This document shows positions 42,338 through 44,122 of a DNA stretch of 44,122 nt, in pieces (positions within the stretch are counted from its first letter, which is position 1; each line of letters opens with the position of its first letter). Under the pieces are notes generated by a model. The model did not search any database. It saw nothing but the letters and a program-made list of their open reading frames with translations, and was not told where the DNA came from. Both the position numbers and the translations under genes were made by a program. The stretch comes from Gemmatimonadaceae bacterium (GTDB lineage Bacteria; Gemmatimonadota; Gemmatimonadetes; Gemmatimonadales; Gemmatimonadaceae): assembly GCA_036555845.1 (NCBI GenBank), contig DATBKN010000539.1:1-44122 (forward strand), written 5' to 3'.

Positions 42338-43603
42338 ATGACTTTTAGTCCCCCGCGAAGACCAGTATCCGGCGAATCAGTCTCTACCGTCCTCACACAA
42401 CCGTGGACGCAAGAGATGGAGTTCGTGCACGCGCTCACGCGCAAGCTCGCGGCCGTGCACGACACGCAGGCGCTGCTCACCGAGCTTTGCGACTCGGTCC
42501 TTTATCTCGCGCATGCCGACGGGAGCGCTGTCGTTAGTCCCGCGGACAATGATGAAGTGTGCGTGGAGGCTGTGGCGGGAGCGGGGACGCTTCGAGTGGG
42601 TGCTACTTATCCGCTCGCGGGCTCGATCACGCTGAGCGCCATCAGCAAGCGTCGGCTCGTCATCGAGCGCGACTATGCGAGCCGAGCAACGGCGCAACCG
42701 CTGAGAACTTCGCGCGGGCCGATTGGCGAGATGCTCGCGGCTCCGCTCATCGCCGCGAAGAATGACGTTCTTGGCGTTCTGCTCGCTTGGCGCGCACGCG
42801 AGGCCGGCAGTTTCATTCCTGCAGACATCGATCGCGTGCAGCTCTTCGCGGACTTTGCGTCGATCGTGCTCGACAAGTCGCAACTAGCCGAGCGCGCCTC
42901 AGCAGCGAACCAGGCCAAGAGCGCATTTCTGGCGACGCTGTCGCACGAGTTACGCACGCCGGTCGCCGCGCTTGTCGGCTATGGCGAGCTGCTGGCAGAC
43001 AACGTCGCTGGAGAACTGAGTGCCCCGCAGCGCGATCTCGTCGAGCGCATGCGCAGCGTGACCGAACACCTTTCGGCGATCATCGATCAGCTGCTCAGCT
43101 TCTCAGCGATCGAAGGCGGACGCGAAGTCGTGCGGCCGGGAACGATCGTTGTCGGTGACATGCTCGCCGCGATCGCGATCGCGATCGAGCCGCAGGCGCG
43201 TCGCAAGGGATTGCAGGTGCTTCTCGATCTATCCGCTGCTCCCGAAACGATCGAGTCGGACGCTGACAAGGTCCGGCGGATTCTCGTGAGTCTGGCCGAA
43301 AATGCGGTCAAGTTCACGGATGTCGGTCAGATCACGCTGTCCTCGACTGAAGTTGCCGGGATGGTGCGCTTTGACATTTGCGATACGGGGCCGGGCATAC
43401 CGCGCGAGGCGCATCGCAAGATCTTCGAGCCATTCGCTCAACTAGAGCCTGGTCTCACGCGCCGACATGGGGGGACGGGTTTGGGGCTGTTCATCGCGCA
43501 GCGGCTCGCGGGGCTGCTCGGCGGCTGCGTTCAGGTAATCTCAGAACCTGGTGAAGGATCGACATTTACACTGCTGATCCCGACGCAGCTCGAGGTGGAA
43601 TAG
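42338..43603 (+). CDS. GAF-domain sensor histidine kinase (cytoplasmic)
   Basis: ATG 42338 (MTFSPPRR...), a GAF-like N-terminal region, H-box LSHELRTPVAAL, and N/G boxes ENAVKFT, DTGPGIP and GGTGLGL. Confidence 0.9.
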   Translation: MTFSPPRRPVSGESVSTVLTQPWTQEMEFVHALTRKLAAVHDTQALLTELCDSVLYLAHADGSAVVSPADNDEVCVEAVAGAGTLRVGATYPLAGSITLSAISKRRLVIERDYASRATAQPLRTSRGPIGEMLAAPLIAAKNDVLGVLLAWRAREAGSFIPADIDRVQLFADFASIVLDKSQLAERASAANQAKSAFLATLSHELRTPVAALVGYGELLADNVAGELSAPQRDLVERMRSVTEHLSAIIDQLLSFSAIEGGREVVRPGTIVVGDMLAAIAIAIEPQARRKGLQVLLDLSAAPETIESDADKVRRILVSLAENAVKFTDVGQITLSSTEVAGMVRFDICDTGPGIPREAHRKIFEPFAQLEPGLTRRHGGTGLGLFIAQRLAGLLGGCVQVISEPGEGSTFTLLIPTQLEVE

Positions 43604-43655
43604 GCAGGACACTCATTCGATAGCTCGGCTATGAGCGCGGGTTAGATTCCGCCAC

Positions 43656-44122
43656 ATGAGTGCTTCGTCCTCCAGCGTCTTCAACGACGCGTACATCGCC
43701 GAGCTTTTCGAGAATTACCAGCGCGACCCCAATTCGGTCGACGCGTCCTGGCGCCAGCTCTTTCGTCTGGCACAGGCGCTCGGCGCGGGGATGGCGCCAC
43801 GCCAGGGCGGCGGGGAGACGACGGTCTCCGCCGAGCCGGCCTATTTGCGGAAGGTGGCCGGAGCGGCCGCGTTGATCGATGGCATCCGGCATTACGGCCA
43901 TCTGGCCGCGCAGCTCGACCCGTTAGGCGCCAGGCCGCCGGGTGCTGCCGAGCTGACTCCCGAGTTCTATGGCATCACCACGGAGGACTTGGCGCACGTA
44001 CCGGCAATCGCGTTAGGCTTCGATCTCGGTTCCGCGGCCGACGTCGCCGACCGCCTGCGTCAGATCTATTCGGGAACGATCGGCTACGAGTTCATGCACC
44101 TGGAAGAAGAAGCCGAGCGCTT
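43656..44122 (+). CDS. sucA: 2-oxoglutarate dehydrogenase E1 component, N-terminal part (continues beyond the window)
   Basis: Absent from the ORF track because it is open at the window end. Manual translation from ATG 43656 gives MSASSSSVFNDAYIAELFENYQRDPNSVDASWRQLF ... IRHYGHLAAQLDPLG ... TIGYEFMHLEEEAER, the classic SucA N-terminus. Confidence 0.9.
   Translation, partial: MSASSSSVFNDAYIAELFENYQRDPNSVDASWRQLFRLAQALGAGMAPRQGGGETTVSAEPAYLRKVAGAAALIDGIRHYGHLAAQLDPLGARPPGAAELTPEFYGITTEDLAHVPAIALGFDLGSAADVADRLRQIYSGTIGYEFMHLEEEAER

Larger units (their letters stand above)
303..44017. repeat. dispersed hyper-abundant motif GTTAGG/CCTAAC (consensus CGTTAGGC), 96 copies
   Basis: Hand count gives 51 GTTAGG and 45 CCTAAC on the plus strand, and 56 copies carry the full octamer. 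The first finding lists all coordinates. Confidence 0.9.

Noticed and set aside
303-44017. Reading TTAGG/CCTAA as telomere-like repeats.
   Set aside because: The copies are single, dispersed, mostly inside genes and never tandem, so nothing suggests a chromosome end or a linear replicon.
1-44122. Stop-codon reassignment (TAG or TAA read as sense), suggested by the abundance of TAG- and TAA-containing motifs and stop-triplet arrays.
   Set aside because: Every in-frame TAG or TAA within a motif coincides with a protein end at a length typical for its family, and long ORFs are intact under the standard code. All other motif copies keep the stop triplet out of frame.
1-44122. A genomic island, prophage, defence system or mobile element.
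   Set aside because: No integrase, transposase, recombinase, toxin-antitoxin, restriction-modification, Cas or phage structural genes are recognisable. Composition and motif density look uniform across the window.

Overview
High-GC (about two-thirds G+C by eye) bacterial chromosomal segment with 40 densely packed protein-coding genes, two of them cut by the window edges. I found no rRNA or tRNA genes, CRISPR arrays, transposases, integrases or phage genes. The gene content fits a Gram-negative soil heterotroph, possibly Gemmatimonadota- or Acidobacteriota-like, but that cannot be decided without a database search. The main gene groups are: (1) a periplasmic PQQ dehydrogenase, amidohydrolase and GMC oxidoreductase operon with a TAT small subunit; (2) a TetR, HlyD and ABC-2 efflux module; (3) a SusC/SusD outer-membrane pair followed by two tandem S9 (DPP-IV-like) peptidases and an amidohydrolase; (4) msrPQ plus a di-heme DUF1111 protein; (5) assorted housekeeping genes, including a sigma factor, an AlkA-like glycosylase, MscS, a THUMP methyltransferase, a GAF histidine kinase and the sucA 5' end. 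The most unusual signal is not a gene. The non-palindromic motif GTTAGG/CCTAAC (consensus CGTTAGGC) occurs 96 times by hand count, about once per 460 bp. It appears in both orientations and in every reading frame, and it forces rare codons (TTA, AGG, CTA). It also supplies the stop codon of 12 of the 38 genes whose 3' ends are visible, including three convergent gene pairs that share one copy as a bidirectional TAA/TAG stop. Three further intergenic repeat classes are present: 7-nt-periodic arrays of stop triplets flush against real stop or start codons, three copies of a roughly 28-bp palindrome with core GGGGTCWGACCCC, and an inverted array of 10-bp-phased CGCG repeats in the CDGSH/tetR divergent promoter region. 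All counts are manual and all functional readings of the repeats are hypotheses.
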